A stretch of DNA of 64,000 bases from Chlorokybus atmophyticus (Eukaryota > Plantae > Mesostigma and Chlorokybus algae). Below the pieces are notes generated by a model that made no database searches, had not been told where the DNA came from, and was given only the letters and a program-made list of their open reading frames with translations. Location of the stretch: assembly GCA_009103225.1 (NCBI GenBank), contig RHPI01001737.1, forward strand, positions 508,286-572,285, given 5' to 3'. Shown in pieces: positions 36,001 to 49,955 of this stretch. The stretch's first letter is position 1; every line of letters begins with the position of its first letter. Position numbers and translations under genes: made by a program.

Positions 36001-36547
36001 CCATCCCTGCCGTGTTCACAATTGAAGACAGATGTGTTCGAAAGTCACCATCGAGCGCAGTGCGGAAGTAAAGAGGCTGGCTCCACAAATTGCGCAATGC
36101 AACAAGCACACAATACATAAACTCTGCTTTGTGCAATCAGACTGAGGTCCAAACAGTTGTGGAGATCATTCACTTGCGTAGATAAGAAACGAACCAGTTG
36201 TTCCCTTTCTGCCGTACTGCAGGATGCCACAATAAGTCAACGCATGTAGGCACGCAAGACGCCAAAGACAGGAGATCACACAAAGGCAGCAGCAGGTCAA
36301 AGAGCCACGCACAGTCCCAACCAACCTGAGACCAGCCCTCCTGTCGTGTTCGTCTGCGCTGCACGCTGACAAGCGTTGCATTTCGCAAAATTGAGGTCCT
36401 GCGAGGCCACTGATGGCCTGACGGCGCCGCACCACGGTGCTGCCGGCGTATGAGCCCCAACCCCTCACGACCAGCGCAGCTACACAGTCCGCCTTCAGCA
36501 AGAGCCGCAACATGCTGGCCAACAGTGAGCACTGCCACCCCAGCCAT
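33036..36547 (-). CDS. MRS2: Second MRS2/CorA-family Mg2+ transporter paralog; multi-exon, 5' exons approximate
   Basis: RPRDLRRIDPSMAMYETSPN, RVQFELE, LLELLEEEGDI, EEVELLLEYYLER, RRYEVNRLELLLTVG, GIFGMNLQSRLE, YIKKRAIL*. Confidence 0.9.
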
Positions 36548-37011
36548 GCCTGGCTGCAGAATTCACCTCTTAGCCTGGGCCACAACACACCCAATCCCGC
36601 TGCTGCAGCTGCTAGATCTTCAGGCGATCCATCGTGTGCAGCCCTCAGCTGACCTTTCCATCAAGCTCTTCGACCTCACAGTGTGACGACCAACCACGCC
36701 GTCAACGCTGCGACTGACGGCGCAACCGAGGCCGCCGTCGCCACGTGGCGCCGCTGCGTCAAGCCAGCTGGCAGTGGCAATTCAATGACGGGAGATTGCT
36801 GGCCGCAATTTTGGCATGCCCGATCAGGAACCGTAAGTCTCGTTTTCTATTTTGCGAACAGCATCGACCGAACTGCAGATCTGGAACTGGGTTGAGAAGT
36901 CAGGCAGGATTTTTGGGCGCCAAAAGTGCTGCCGGCGGCGGCGGCGGCGGTGTTGTCGTAGTTGTCTAGTTGGTCTTACGGGCTGTCATTGTTTTCGGGC
37001 GCTACTGGCAA

Positions 37012-37436
37012 ATGCTCAGACGAGCCACGATGAGGGTGCTGGCGTCGTCGCCTGCAATGTCTACCGCTCTGTCACAGCCGGCGTCGACTAGTCGTCATGG
37101 GCATGCTGCCCGCCAGGCTGTGAGAGGCAGCTTTGCGGGCATCAGCAGCATAAGCAATCCTCAGCCTCGCCAGACGGCAGCTTTTGCTGGCCCGCGTGGC
37201 GATCGCGCCCTCACCTCTGCTGCGTATCAGCTGGAAGAGGTCAGAGTCCTGTCATGCATGCATGCCATACAGTGGTAGCAGAATTTAAGGGCTTGCAGCA
37301 AGTTGGCTCAATTTGCACTGGGTATGCAAGTTGATATTGACGTAACATGGGTAGTCATGTGTACTTAGCGACCTGAGTCAATGCCAGTTGTATTGGTGTA
37401 ATCCCACAACAGCCATGTGCAAGTGATTTTAGGTCG

Positions 37437-37490
<54 letters not shown>

Positions 37491-38889
37491 TCAAAGTGTC
37501 CTCCGCTTTGCCGTCAACTCTCTTCTACATGACAAACGTTGGGTACACGTATAAAAAGCACACCTTCCGTGTCGTTTGTATTCTAAGCCATGCAGCGAGG
37601 TGAGGCCATTTTAGTCAGCCTGTGCTTTGTCGCTGTCTACTATGACACACATGCATCCAATGCCGGTTGGCAGGTTGATTGGGACAAGTCGTCGTTGAAC
37701 ACGGTGACGCTGACTGGCAGAGTGGGCAAACCGCCACAGCAGAAGAACGTTGCTGGCAAAGTGCTCGCGACGCTGAGCATTAATGTCAGATCCGGCAGCA
37801 AAGACAAGCCACGGGACAACTGGTGATTAATCTTGTCGCGTGTTAACCAATCCACGCAGCCTTGGTCAATGCAACTGTTATTACTGAGTCTGAGCGTTGA
37901 CTCTGCCATGTATCCACTGTAAGCGTGTTGTCACTGGTTGTTTTCAAACAGGGTTGATCTTGACATGTGGGATGAGGTTGCCCAAGCTGCCATTGCGCAA
38001 GTCGGTCAAGGGCAGACTGTGATAGCCAAGGGAAGACTGGCTGTGGACGAATGGCAGGAGAAGGACACCGGCAAGACTCGCTACAAGACCAAGGTGAGAT
38101 TGTGCAGGTGGGTGCATGTGCGTGGTGTAACCAGGTGAAAGCTTGTAAACCTCTCTCCATGTCAGGTCGTTGTTAATGAGTTGAAGTTGGTGAAGTCTTC
38201 GTTCTCAACAGCACCCGACAAGTCCAGCTATTTCCCAACTGGTTCCTCTTTCCAAAGGTCAAATGCTGCCTCGAGCAGCAGCTCTTTTGCACAGGGCGCC
38301 TACAATGCCCCGTCCACCTTCGACAGCGGCGCCTCCACCAGCGGTGCATATGGTATGTGCTTGTCCATAACCACATGACAATAGCAGCAATGTTTCGTCC
38401 TTGGCCTGCACTTGACATTTACCTTGCACAGTGGATGCAAGCAACCAGGCAAGGACGTCAAAGGCATCCTTGTGGGAGCAGCTTCGCAAAGATCCCAACA
38501 CCTTTTGGGACAATCGCACTACCAAGGTAACTAACTCTTGCGGAGCATTGTGTGCGTGCGTGCATGCGTTTGTGCAGTGCTCGCATGCAGCAGCGCGTGG
38601 TGCTGGTTATGTGCATTTTGCTGGCAAGAGATTTGATTGTGACGTATGAGTGGAGGCCCTGAGCTTTGCGTTGTGACGTATGTGTGGCATATTTTTTCAG
38701 AAAGGCAAGCAGCCTGACTTCAAGTCGAAAATCGGTGGAGAGGGTCTATGGGTTGACTCAAGGGACACACCTGTGTGGGTGGGAGGGTTCCTGAGTGAAC
38801 TTGATGCCAAAAACGGCCCCACTGCTGAATGGGGCCACATCAGTCAACCGCCGCAAGGCTACGAGTCACATGAAGAAAATCCTTTTTAG
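37012..38889 (+). CDS. Organellar single-stranded DNA-binding protein (OSB-like): SSB OB fold plus one PDF motif; multi-exon
   Basis: Transit peptide-like N-terminus. SSB fold: NTVTLTGRVGKPP..DNW|VDLDMWDEVAQ..KGRLAVDEWQEKDTGKTRYKTK. PDF motif: LWEQLRKDPNTFWDNRTTK|KGKQPDFKSK..GLWV. Confidence 0.9.
37438..37488. repeat. Intronic (TG)n microsatellite
   Basis: About 25 TG units. Confidence 0.97.
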
Positions 38890-40000
38890 GTCTTATACGT
38901 GGGTAGTTGCTCCATGCGTACTCATAAACTGGCAAGGCAAGCTATGTTTGTCATGGTGGTGTGCCTGATATCGGGATTTTGCTAGCACGTGCTACTCTCT
39001 ATGCGCTGCTTCTGTGGTGGGGCATTATATGATTACGGTCATCACAGCTGGTGCAAAGATGAAGCTAGACCATGACATTGAAGGCAAACATTGGTTGCTG
39101 TTTGCACTGTTCGGACGTGTAGTATGTGGCGTGTTGGCATTTTTGGCATATCCATTGGCCTTGCTGAATCTTTGGTTCGAGGGTCTCCCTGTGTCCCTTT
39201 ATTGCCAGCACAGGTGCAGCGTATGGTTGGCCAGCTATGCGAGACTACGGTTCTCAGGTGCTGGGGCTTGCAATATGAGGGCCGGCCTGGTTGCCTTGGT
39301 GACCATGACGCTTGCAAATCATGTGTTTACCATCATTGTTTACCATCATACTTGTGAAAAGCGTGCCTTATGATGCCAGCAGGAAGGCGTGCCAGCCATG
39401 CAATCAGGTTCACCCATTCATGCATTTGCGCATGTGCACAGCAAACCTAAGCTATATCTGTGCATGGCGGTTTACCTCGTGCTCAGCTGCCTTCACGTTT
39501 GCAAAGCCACATCCAGTGCTAATCAGATCGGGGCTGCGCGTTTGTGGCTACCACTTGAAGTGTTGCAGTCATTGGCCCAAAACGTGGCTACAGCAAGTAT
39601 GTGCACACAAAGCCAGATCTACGTAACTGAGCTACACCAAACCAGTCCAAGTTGCACGTTGCAGCAGCCTTGACCGCAGGCACTCAACCACCACACCGGT
39701 GGTCGCGTATGTAGTAACGAGGTGAGTGTGTTCTGCAGAGTGTTGCCTGCGTGGTGTGGTCTGAATGGGCATACCCCTGTCGCATTTTCTGTACATCACA
39801 CTAGCTGGAACAATCCAACAATCACAAATCAGCTCGCTGATACTCTGCCGCAGCCACCTGCAGCTGGACACACAAGCACTTGCCACCACACCAACGCACT
39901 GCTGCAAATTCAGCAAGACTAGGCCAACAAACAGCTACAACCCACCGCTTAAACATTTACAAGCCAGCTGGCGTGTGCATGCACGAATGCATCCCACATG

Positions 40001-41289
40001 CTAGACTGCCTTTTCAGCCTCTTCCAGTCCCTGAGCGATGCTCTCCTCTTTGTGTAGCTGACTTAATCGATTTGCGTCTTTCTGCTTCGTTTGCGTGAGG
40101 GACCCCGCGTCTTGCTCCGCGCTCTCGTCCCGCTTCACTTTCTCTTCAAGTATGTGCTCTATCTGGCTGTGGTACTTTGACCGCATGTCTAGTAGATACG
40201 TGACCAACGCGTGGCCGCTCCCGAGTATGCGCTCTGCCATTGGTGATGCAAATGAGCAATTATCAGCATAAGCAACATGCCAAAGAGGCAAGTGAATTGC
40301 CGATCACATGATCACTCACCAACTGTTGTGGTTTCGTTGTCGTGGCCATGCACAACACCTCTGGCAAAGGTGTCATAGTACCAAATGAACGCGGCCACCA
40401 TCAATACAACAGTCAGAATCTTCCAACCCAGCCCGCGCGCTCTGTTCATGAGCACAACATGAGTTTGCAGTGACCATGGATGTTGTTGTTGAGTAACGGT
40501 TTGCGTGTTATACTTTGCATGTAGGGCCCACAAGTACAAGAGAAGGATTACATGCATTGCAAAGTTGAGATGACATGCATGCATGCACCTTCCAGAGCGC
40601 AACCGGCGTACGGCGGCCGGCCTGCCCGCTGCTGCTTTACTGGCCTCATCCGTCTAGGCAAGAGAAAACACAAGGCAACCTTAGAACCCATGATTCGCAT
40701 GCATTGTATGTATTACCTCATCTTTATGTACCATATGTTGACCAACGTGGTGCTCACCGCAGGCGCCTCGTCATTGGGTCTCCGTCGAGGCCGGCGTGAG
40801 CTGCTTTTCGTCCCTGAACTGTGCACCTGCAACGCGCGCACAAGTGCAAGAGTGTGTCAAACTTGTTGCTGTTGCTGTACAGTGTTGTTGCGCGTATGCA
40901 TTGGTTTCAGTCAAAGGCCTGCATGCTAGCCTGCACGCTTGTGTTGCAGCACAGAATTGATGCATTGGCAAATGACACAACAATAAGGGAAGTTGACAAG
41001 AATTTGGAAGCATTGCTGTAGTCATGCTGTATTGAGTGGACAGCCCTTGCACTAACCAACATCACCCATGCAACGTGTGCCTATGATGTATAGCTTGCTC
41101 GCAAACAGCAAGATACAATATAACATGATCTCAAGAGGGTATGTCAAGGCAAAACGGCAGCACTAGGCCGAGCACAGGCCGCCAAAACACCTGATCCTCG
41201 ACAGCTCCAAGCTTGTCGCTAAGACCCTGCAGGAGATCCAAGACGTCTCCACCGCCGTCCTCTACATCCCGCTCGTCGCCGCTACCCAT
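40001..41289 (-). CDS. Hypothetical single-pass membrane protein with C-terminal coiled coil; ~5 exons
   Basis: Compatible GT-AG exons: MGSGDERDVEDG..EDQ|VHSSGTK..EAPA|TDEASK..SG|RARGLGWKILTVVLMVAAFIWYYDTF..|..HALVTYLLDMRSKY..EEAEK. No family recognised. Confidence 0.6.
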
Positions 41290-42087
41290 CACACCCTCTG
41301 CGCCTGGTGCTGGTCTGAGCCTTGCTGCTGCCGGCCACCTCTTACCGACAGTGCTACCGTTGCAGGCTACAACTTGTAGCAGCAAGGCGCTCTGCCTGCC
41401 TCTTTGTCTACCTCCGCCTTTCTAGCAAGTTTGCGCTGAGGTCAAGATGAGCGCACCCGGCTGAAGCACCCGCACGACGACAACAACGGCGACGACGCCG
41501 ACGACGACAATGTCAGCGCTGCTGCTAACGACCAGGCAAACACAGAAGCCAAAACTATGAAATCACATGCCGCCTGACTCGGGGCGCAGGAAGCGAGTTT
41601 GGATCTGCTGCTTAAGAGGCTCAGGGAGCGAAAATACGGTCATAGGTGGTTGTGCTCCAAGAAGCCAATCTGCAATTGATCGGTTTTAAAGGAGGAGCCG
41701 CTGTCGTCGCCATATCATGCGACGACAGCGGCGGCGGCGGCAGGATGCATGCGGGCACTGACGCATATCCATCACAAAGAGGTGGAAGCTTGGTAGTTGG
41801 ACGCATTGGACAACTTAACTGAGTGGTTATCCTACATTTAGTGCTTTTTGCATGGGCATGTCTGCCAAAGGTTTGTTTTGTTTTATGCCTTGTAGCATAT
41901 TGCAGCGTCTCCTGCAGGATTGTGACATTGTCACGGCTGAACAGCATGGCAGGTTTTGCCGTTACTATGTACATGGTGTGCAGCACGCGCACAACACTCA
42001 GTCGGCAGCGTAGTGAGCTGAACTTCTTTGATACTGGTGTCTAGCGCATGAGCTATGCTGGCAAAACACACACTCTACTTGTGTACA

Positions 42088-42168
42088 GGTAACTACGCAT
42101 GCATGTTGACTAACGGGGCAAGGGCTTAGCGAAAGTAGCTACCTAGTTTGTATAGGTAGCCCGGTGGT
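42088..42168 (+). repeat. Representative copy of a dispersed repeat family (AGGTA..CATGCATG..CTAACGGGG..TAGCCCGGTGGT)
   Basis: Core motif also at 17383, 46029(-), 46171, 46462(-), 60757, 60931 and 62958. Confidence 0.7.
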
Positions 42169-42305
42169 GTAAGAAGTTGTTTGCTGGCGTGTGCAAGTGT
42201 GCGTGTGTGTGTGCATGTCATGTTCACAATGCAATGGGGTCACATGCATAACATTGCATATATGTTACACACACAACACGCAATCGCAGCGGCAGAACAA
42301 TACTC

Positions 42306-45300
42306 TCATCCACTCGCAGCCCGCGCAGCAATCCCTTCTACACGACTGATACTTCTCGCACTCGTGTCATCATCGCCACCATCATCATCGTCGCTCTGGT
42401 CCCCAGCATTGGACTTCTTGCCCTTCTTGGACTTGGGCTTCTCGCCCTTCCTCACCCGCATGCTGCTGAAGCCCGGGCGCTCAAGATCGCGGGCCATGTC
42501 TCGCAGCATCGCCTCGTGCATCAGAACTGCCACGCCCTCGTACGTAAACACCCGCACCGTTGCGTCTCCCGCCACCGCCACCGCGACCCAACCCACCTGC
42601 AAAACAACATACGCAACGCTATAGACCGTGCTGATGATGGTGTATACTTTAATACATGAGTCTCAGCTCACCCCCGCTATAGAGATGTCGGTAGTGGACT
42701 GCTTCCACGAATCCCCGCTGATTTGCAAGTCGCGCCAAACCCATGATCCCAACTGCGTCAACCTCTCGTAGTCTCCTATTGGTGGCTATGACACAAACAC
42801 TGTCAAGCCCAGCCTGTCCAATACAGTCAAAAACTTCAACAAGAATGCATAAGCAATGCACCTGCAGTGTGGACCCTCCATGGTTCTGCAGCAGCTCGCC
42901 CGCGCCTTCAATCTTGCCCATGTGGCACGCAACATCCGCGGAAGCCCACAGCGTGAGGTACAGCGATGAGCCGGGCGCGGCAATCACGTCCAGGCGGGCC
43001 ACTGACCCCACATGGACGCATGAACCCACCTACAATGCCAGCTACATTGTTACGTGGAGGAGGCACAAGCTTGGATGAATGGGTACAGGACCATGTTTTG
43101 TTGCGGACCTGCACGCGAAAGGTCCGCGGCTTGAGCTTCTTCCTGGGCAGCAGCTGCAGGACCTCTTCTGTGTCCAAGCGGGTGGTCACCTGCAATACAT
43201 GTGTCTCAACCCACTGTTGCCTGCCAGCATCTCATGTATCAAGTACTGCGACCATCTGCCGGACTGCCACTGCCTGCTAGGCTGCAACCATAGACAATGC
43301 AGTGCTGACGAGTTGCTGACCATGCACGCGCACACACAATATACGTTGGCAATGGACTGACCTGGTGGGCATGAATGATGCCAGGAGTGTCCAGCAGCAT
43401 CGCACGGCCTGGCAGGACTCCTGAGAGTTTGATCACTCCTATCGTCGTGCCCGGCAACCATGCCTCCGTTACCTGTACACAGTACAAGCCGTTGTGAACC
43501 TTGCATGGATGTGCGTGGATGTGCAGGAACGACCAAGCCATGTGCGGTGTTAAGGTACATCACCCTTCGAGCGGCAGTACCTTTGTGCTTCCCCCGCCTG
43601 CACGCTTGGCGAGAGCATTGATGAGGGAGGACTTGCCAGCATTCTGCGCTCCCACCACCCACACCTCCCCGCGCGGGCCCGCTAGCTCAGCCTGAACAAA
43701 TCCATGAATTAAACGCATGACTCACAGGCACTACCTGATTGCATCACACGTCTTTACCATTTTCTCAGCAAGGTCGTCGATGCCATAGCCACTCTTGGCG
43801 CTCACAAGATACACACCGCTGCACTGCACGGCAGAAGTCGGCATTTGCACCCAGTACTTTGCAGGTGGCACAACATGCGCAGCAACGCATGCGAGTTGCA
43901 ATGCTGCCGCATATGACGTGCTGCTTGCACATTGAACGTTGCAAACTGACACATGAACGCACCTCCTCTACACCGCCCTGTCTGGCTCGATGTCGCACCC
44001 AGTTCTGAAGTCGCATCTTGAGCGCCTCATCTGGCAATAGATCCACCTGTGCCAACGCCATGCTTACGGAATAAGGCGACCCAACATGTGCTTACAATGT
44101 TGCCATGCATGACCTCACAACCAAAGCATCCTGCACCCAACAACCAAAGCCAAACACAGATGATGGGAACTCTCTCGCACCTTGTTGGCAGCGAGCATGA
44201 GACGGGGCACATTGGAAGGCAAGCCACGCTCATGCGCGTCTGCGTTCTCACGCACTGCGTCTTGCATCAGAGTCGCCACTGCCCTTGGAAATGACCCGTC
44301 AAAGTCTGCAGCGTCAACCACCTGTGTGTATACACTTGACATGAGCTGACTACTGATACAGGTTACTACCAGACTTATGATTGTGGCGTCAACAACAAAT
44401 TGTTGCCTTGAACAGCTACGTGCAATAGCCAAACAACATACTGTTTACCATGACCACGACGGCTCTGCGGCCATAAGCACGCCGCAAGCGTCGGCCTACC
44501 ACAGCCTCAAAATCAAACTCAGGAAGCAAATGCTCCACCTCTTTATTCTTCACCCGCCTACGAGCCACGCAATGCACTCATTGAACACTCTTGCACTCTT
44601 GCACACACGTAGCGCAATCGTACAATAAGTCACATACCCATAATTCCTCAGCGCGTGACAGCGTGCGCAAACAGCCACAGGCGTCCTCTCCACCCTTTCC
44701 CTATCGCTCGTGCTGGCTTTATCAACACCATCTTGCCTGCTGCTGCTACTTTTACCTTTGCTACTACTGCTGCTGCTCTTGCTACCTTTCCCCCCGCTCC
44801 AATACCGCTCCAGCGCGAGATCAAACTCTTCCGAGCTGCGCTGGTACTCGGATGATGTCATCACATCCGTCTCATCAAAATCGTCATCATCGAGCTTTCC
44901 TGCCTCGCCAAACTCCGCACGCAGGGCTGCCATTGAACACAAGACAGGGTTAGAACCACTGTCCTTTGCAATGTGCTGCTCACTCCCTGTGAATTTTACC
45001 TTTGAGCTCGCTGTCGTCCAAAGCTATCTCAAACTCTTCTAGCTGTTGTGTTGAGGCTTTTTGTTTTGCAGCATTGTTACCGTCCAAATTGACAACCTGT
45101 GTGCCCAAAACAACTCAGGAATTCTACATGCACGCTTGCGCTGTTGCTTACACAGGCGTTAGCGCATGCATGCCCCTACATGAGCAGCACAGTACGCAAC
45201 CATGTTTGCAACTTGTATACTCTGGCATGTAAACATATGCAATCACGATTGTCCGAGTGTGGTGATGTAGTTTTAATCATGCATTGCCAAACTCATAACT

Positions 45301-45798
45301 ACAGTTGAACAGTTCCACAATTACCTCATCCATATTCTCGAGCGCCTCCGCCTCCTTCACATTGTCCTTGTTTTCCTTCACCGTCGGCGCTTTGTAGAAG
45401 CCCGGGGCGTCAGGGTGGGACGACTGCATGGGAACGCCACAACCAGGGCAAACCCTGGGTGCTGCTGCTGCTGCTGCTGCTGCTGACGAGGAGGAGGAGG
45501 AGGAGGGGAGCGAGGAGGAAGGAGGGGAGGAGGAGGTGGAGGCGCGAGCTGCTAAATGGCGACATGGCTGTGAGGGTGCAGGTGAAAGGAACCTCGTCGT
45601 CCAGGAGGACGTAGAGGTGGCAGCGGCGGCTGAGACGGAGGCGACGGGCCTGCAACGGACAATTGCGGGCGACACGTCGCTCACCGCCACCCCGACCAGG
45701 TCAGACCCTCGCGCCCACGTCACCGACGAAGCTGCGGCGGCTGCCCTCCTCGCCGCCGAAGCCGGCAGCAACCACCTCGCCCACATCCCCGCCTCCAT
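42306..45798 (-). CDS. BPG2: Circularly permuted YqeH/NOA1-family GTPase, plastid BPG2-like; multi-exon
   Basis: Zn-ribbon halves CPGCG and CARCHALRNYG. Also VVDAADFDGSFP, LAANK|VDLLP (G4), VYLVSAKSGYG, VWVVGAQNAGKSSLIN (G1), PGTT, LLDTPGI (G3), KKLKPRTFRV, DISIAG|VGWVAV. Confidence 0.92.
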
Positions 45799-46839
45799 GA
45801 CCAACCCCGCCGCCTGCGCCGCCGCCACCGCCGCCCTTCAACTTCAAACTCCGCGCGTGACTGAGCTCTCAACGGCGCAATGCGCTGCTGCCGCCCTGTG
45901 CTTGCAGCTTAACACACGGTGGCGAAACTAGCCACTACAGCTTGTACAGGATAAGCACGAGGCTGTTGAAAGCATGCCTATCTTCACACCACACATCACG
46001 TAGCCAACCACACGCACCTGCAAATACGACCACCGGGCTAAGTCTACCTTCTGCTCTACCCCTACACGAAAGACTACACGTTGCGCAGGCAGCCTGCAGG
46101 CTCACCCACTTCCCCTTGAATGACTTGAATAGTTTTTGTCATACTCAGTGGCTAGCAGTAGGTTAGCATGTAGCCCGGTGGTGTTGTATGTGAGAATGTG
46201 TTGGTGGTGATGTACTGACCGCATGCATATGTGTGTGATGAATGCGGTGTGCCTTGCACGCATGAAACCCCCCTTGCATCTTGTATGCAGCACGCTGGAC
46301 AGCACGCTTGCAGGCCAGCATCAGGTTCAACACAGTGTGTGGCTTGCGTTATCACACCCACAACAGCATGCTTAACATGCTGTTGTGGGTGTGACTGTGC
46401 ATGCAATCATGGTAGGTCAGCCTTTGTGTACACAACCCTCACACTACACATAACAGCATAAACCGCCGGGCTATGCGCTACTACCATCCATTATATGCAC
46501 CTGCGCGTGCATTTCATTCATTTGTGTAGTGTAGCGTATATGCAATGCTATGCATGCAGTGTGAGAGCTGTGTACATGCAGACCAATACATCGATGCAGC
46601 CAGGCGTATGTTGCGTGACGGACTTACAATCTGCAAATACCCTATATGGCTCTATGTGAATGTAGAGAGTTGACAAATCTCACAACCAGTCAGCAGTGCG
46701 ACAAACCATTGCAAGTTCCTCTGCAACTTCAGTGCTCAAGTTTGTCTACCAGTATGTCTACCGGAAGGCTCCGCAGCTGATTTGCAGTACAGTGCCGAAG
46801 CACAGGCGCTGGCTACCTATGCTCAGCTGAAGTGCGCGC

Positions 46840-49380
46840 TTAGTATGTACGTCTAAAGGCATGCCACTGAAGCTGTAACTGCAGCCACATGGGTGAGACT
46901 CCCAATGATGCGCCCGACAACGCTTTGGTAAACACATTGAAGCCATGCTTTTCAAGCGCTTGGAGGTAGAGGCCGCAAGGAACCTATGGGCGGAAGGGCA
47001 GTAGACGGCATCAGAATCGCATCTAATTACGAAACAACAAGCACTGCCTAGTGATGGCAGTGTTTGAACAAACGCTTACGAACCAATTACGCACCGCTGG
47101 GAGCAACACCGGCAGTGCTTCTTTGGGCACAGTACTGGCCATTGCTCGTGCTTTGTCCAAGTGCGCCTTTGCTGTGCCTGCAACCTATGCAGTCATACCT
47201 ATGAGCTAGCATGCCTATCAGAATTCAGGCACATCGTACATATTGACTGCTGAGTACAATGGTGCCCCACCCAATCGCCGAAGGCGACGATAATGACAAC
47301 GTACCTCCAGAATAGCATCAGCCATGCCTTCTGAGAATTCACCACGAAACACTTCCTCTTGCGAAACGGAGTACTGTGACACAAGTCCCACTGTAATGAC
47401 ACGACATAGCTTGCAAGGACTGCTCAGCAGCGAGAGCACATTGGGGGGTATAATTGCTGAGTTGCAAAGAACAAGTCCGCACCTCCGTGGTTAAACTTGC
47501 AGGAATGTAAGTTCTGCGCTGGGCGCTGTGGTACGGTGTTGCGCGTAGTAATAGAGCCACACCATCCGCTTTCCCTGTCAATGAGCACAGTAATTGTACA
47601 AGGCCGCTGACAAGAGTTCCTGCCAGATAGGCAGTACGGCACTCACCTATATGGCTGGCAGCGTGATCAGCGTTTGCATCACGGACGCCAGATGCTTCAA
47701 GGGTAAGGTAGAGTAGTGCAGACATCGTGTTTTCCGCATACCTGTTGAGTGGCAAAGTTTTCTATCAGCGCTGGACATCTTAACAGACACTCATGCAGCT
47801 TGCACAACGACAAGATGCCTGCAGCCTTTGCAACATCACAACATCCAATGTGGCCAACTGAACAATACTCATGCCATGCACATGCTCAACCTTTCAAGAT
47901 CTTTGACGGTCGGTGGTTGTTCTGTACTGTTCGCATCACGCTCCTACTGAAGCGGGCATACAGCAATACAGTTACCATCAGCATGGTTGTTGAAACATTG
48001 ACCACATTGCACGACGGTTGCCATGCACGCTCACCCGAGCATCAATCACGCGGCTGAACCATCGCTTTGTCAGCCTTGTAGAGGCCGTAACAGTTGCAAG
48101 CGCCCGCGCTACAGGATGCTCTGGTGGCCGGCCCTGCAGCGGTTCACCCGGATGTTTCAATGCACTCGAGCTAGGATGCAAATCAACCAACAGCCAGCAC
48201 CCACTGCAACACAACACAACAGTGCAATCAACGCACAAGCCGATTGCCTATGCATAACAGTTCCATTGCTGTTGCGGAGCTGACACACACACAGTGTTTG
48301 TGCCAGTATGCACAGTATCAAGTTGATGTTCAGATTTCTTGCAGTGATCTTTCAGGTGTGTGCTCCAACAATCGGAAATCCCGCCACATATCACAGCCTC
48401 ATTCACAACCTGCTACAACTGACCTTGAAAGCATCCTCAACCGCTTCACGCCACCACTCAAACCGCAGCTTTGACAGCGTTGGCTCCAGGCGGGTTTGAT
48501 CCACCACCTGCACATGGCATGTCACTGTCTTCCACTGTGCAGCAGACCAGCATGGTGTGTGTTGCACACTTCTCAACACACAGTGTGTGCAGCATGCAGC
48601 TGCTGTCAACCAGTTGACAGAAAGTGCTAACCAGCAGGCATTTGATCTCACTAAGCAATGATTGGTACAAACGCGACAAAAACCCTCATGCACACTTACT
48701 TGAGCGGTTTCCACATTGAAAGCTCGAAAGGCAAACGCGGCAGCCCTTTGCGGCTTGGGCAGCAGCAGTGCGCACAGGTAATGCTCGTAGTCGTATTTTC
48801 TGGTAACAGAATAGTCTTTTGTTTTTACAACAAATAGAAAACTCACGCAGCAGTGTCAAGATGTTGTGAACCCCTTCACTAAACACAACTACAAGAACGC
48901 AAAAGGGGAATGACATTGATGTTGGCTGGTAAAAGATGCATCATCTACTAGCGACGCATGCATAGCAATCTTGATATAAATAGAAAGCAGTGCTAGGACT
49001 CTATTGGAGACAGCAAAGCATGGTGTATACAAAGCTGACCGACTAAGCAATGGTGTACTACTGCTCGCAGGGTGAGGTGCAACAACTACATGGTCTTGCA
49101 GCACGCCCACACCTGCAGGACTGCCGGTAAACAACATGCATTCACTGTTCCAGATTTTCTTTGGCCAGACTGCTAGTAATCAAGCTCTGCTCCATGCAGC
49201 AACCAACCTGACGGTTTCCATGCAGTAAGCGAAGGAACTCTTTATCTTGTCATCAGAGCCCAACTGCGTCGCCAAGTACCGCCGCCAGAAAAGCAGTCCC
49301 TGAGCGTCCCGACACGTGTGGCTTAAAGCGGCGAGCACCCGCCGCCCGCCTCCGCCTACAACAACACCACGCCCAGCCAT
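46840..49380 (-). CDS. NDUFAF6: NADH dehydrogenase complex I assembly factor 6 (squalene/phytoene synthase fold); multi-exon
   Basis: [10 protein letters not shown]|[76 protein letters not shown]|[28 protein letters not shown]. Confidence 0.93.
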
Positions 49381-49955
49381 GCCGACAACCACGGCGCCGC
49401 CCACAGCTGCGCCGACGCTTTGGCTAGTCTCGCGTGCTGCGTCATAGACAGAGCCTAGAACGTTGCCGCTGATGGACGCCGTACACAGCGTAAGTACCGC
49501 CAGCACTGTTGTGTACAAACGTAAGCTAACGTGATTCACTATGTGCAACGCAGCTGCATGAGCGCAGATTTGGTGGGCGCTTTGCGGGCGGCGGCGGATG
49601 GGCGAGGAGCGGTGGCGTTGTCGGTGCATGTAGGCAAGCGTTTGCAAGGCGCACGGTGCATTCGTGCACTAGTTCCTGCATGTTGCTCGTCGCAATTGGA
49701 CTGCTTGAAGTGTTAAGAGGTATAGGCAGCAAGTATGCTGCTTGAGAATTTTACTTGTTTGCTTGCCGGAAGCGCGAAATTGCGTCATATGGTATTGCAT
49801 GTGCTTGACTTGCAATTGCGTATGCCATGCGTTCACGTGGCTGCCTGTTACTTGCCAGAGTATCACCTCACCGTAGCAACGTGCTCTTCTTGCAGATTTC
49901 AGGTATGTAAGCAGGTTGTGACTGTAAACGAAAAGCATTTACGCGCAACAGCAAA

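Noticed and set aside
39014-39373. 119-aa hydrophobic ORF just downstream of OSB as another bicistron candidate
   Set aside because: No recognisable family, no coding-like bias, and it lies in a probable 3' UTR between convergent genes.
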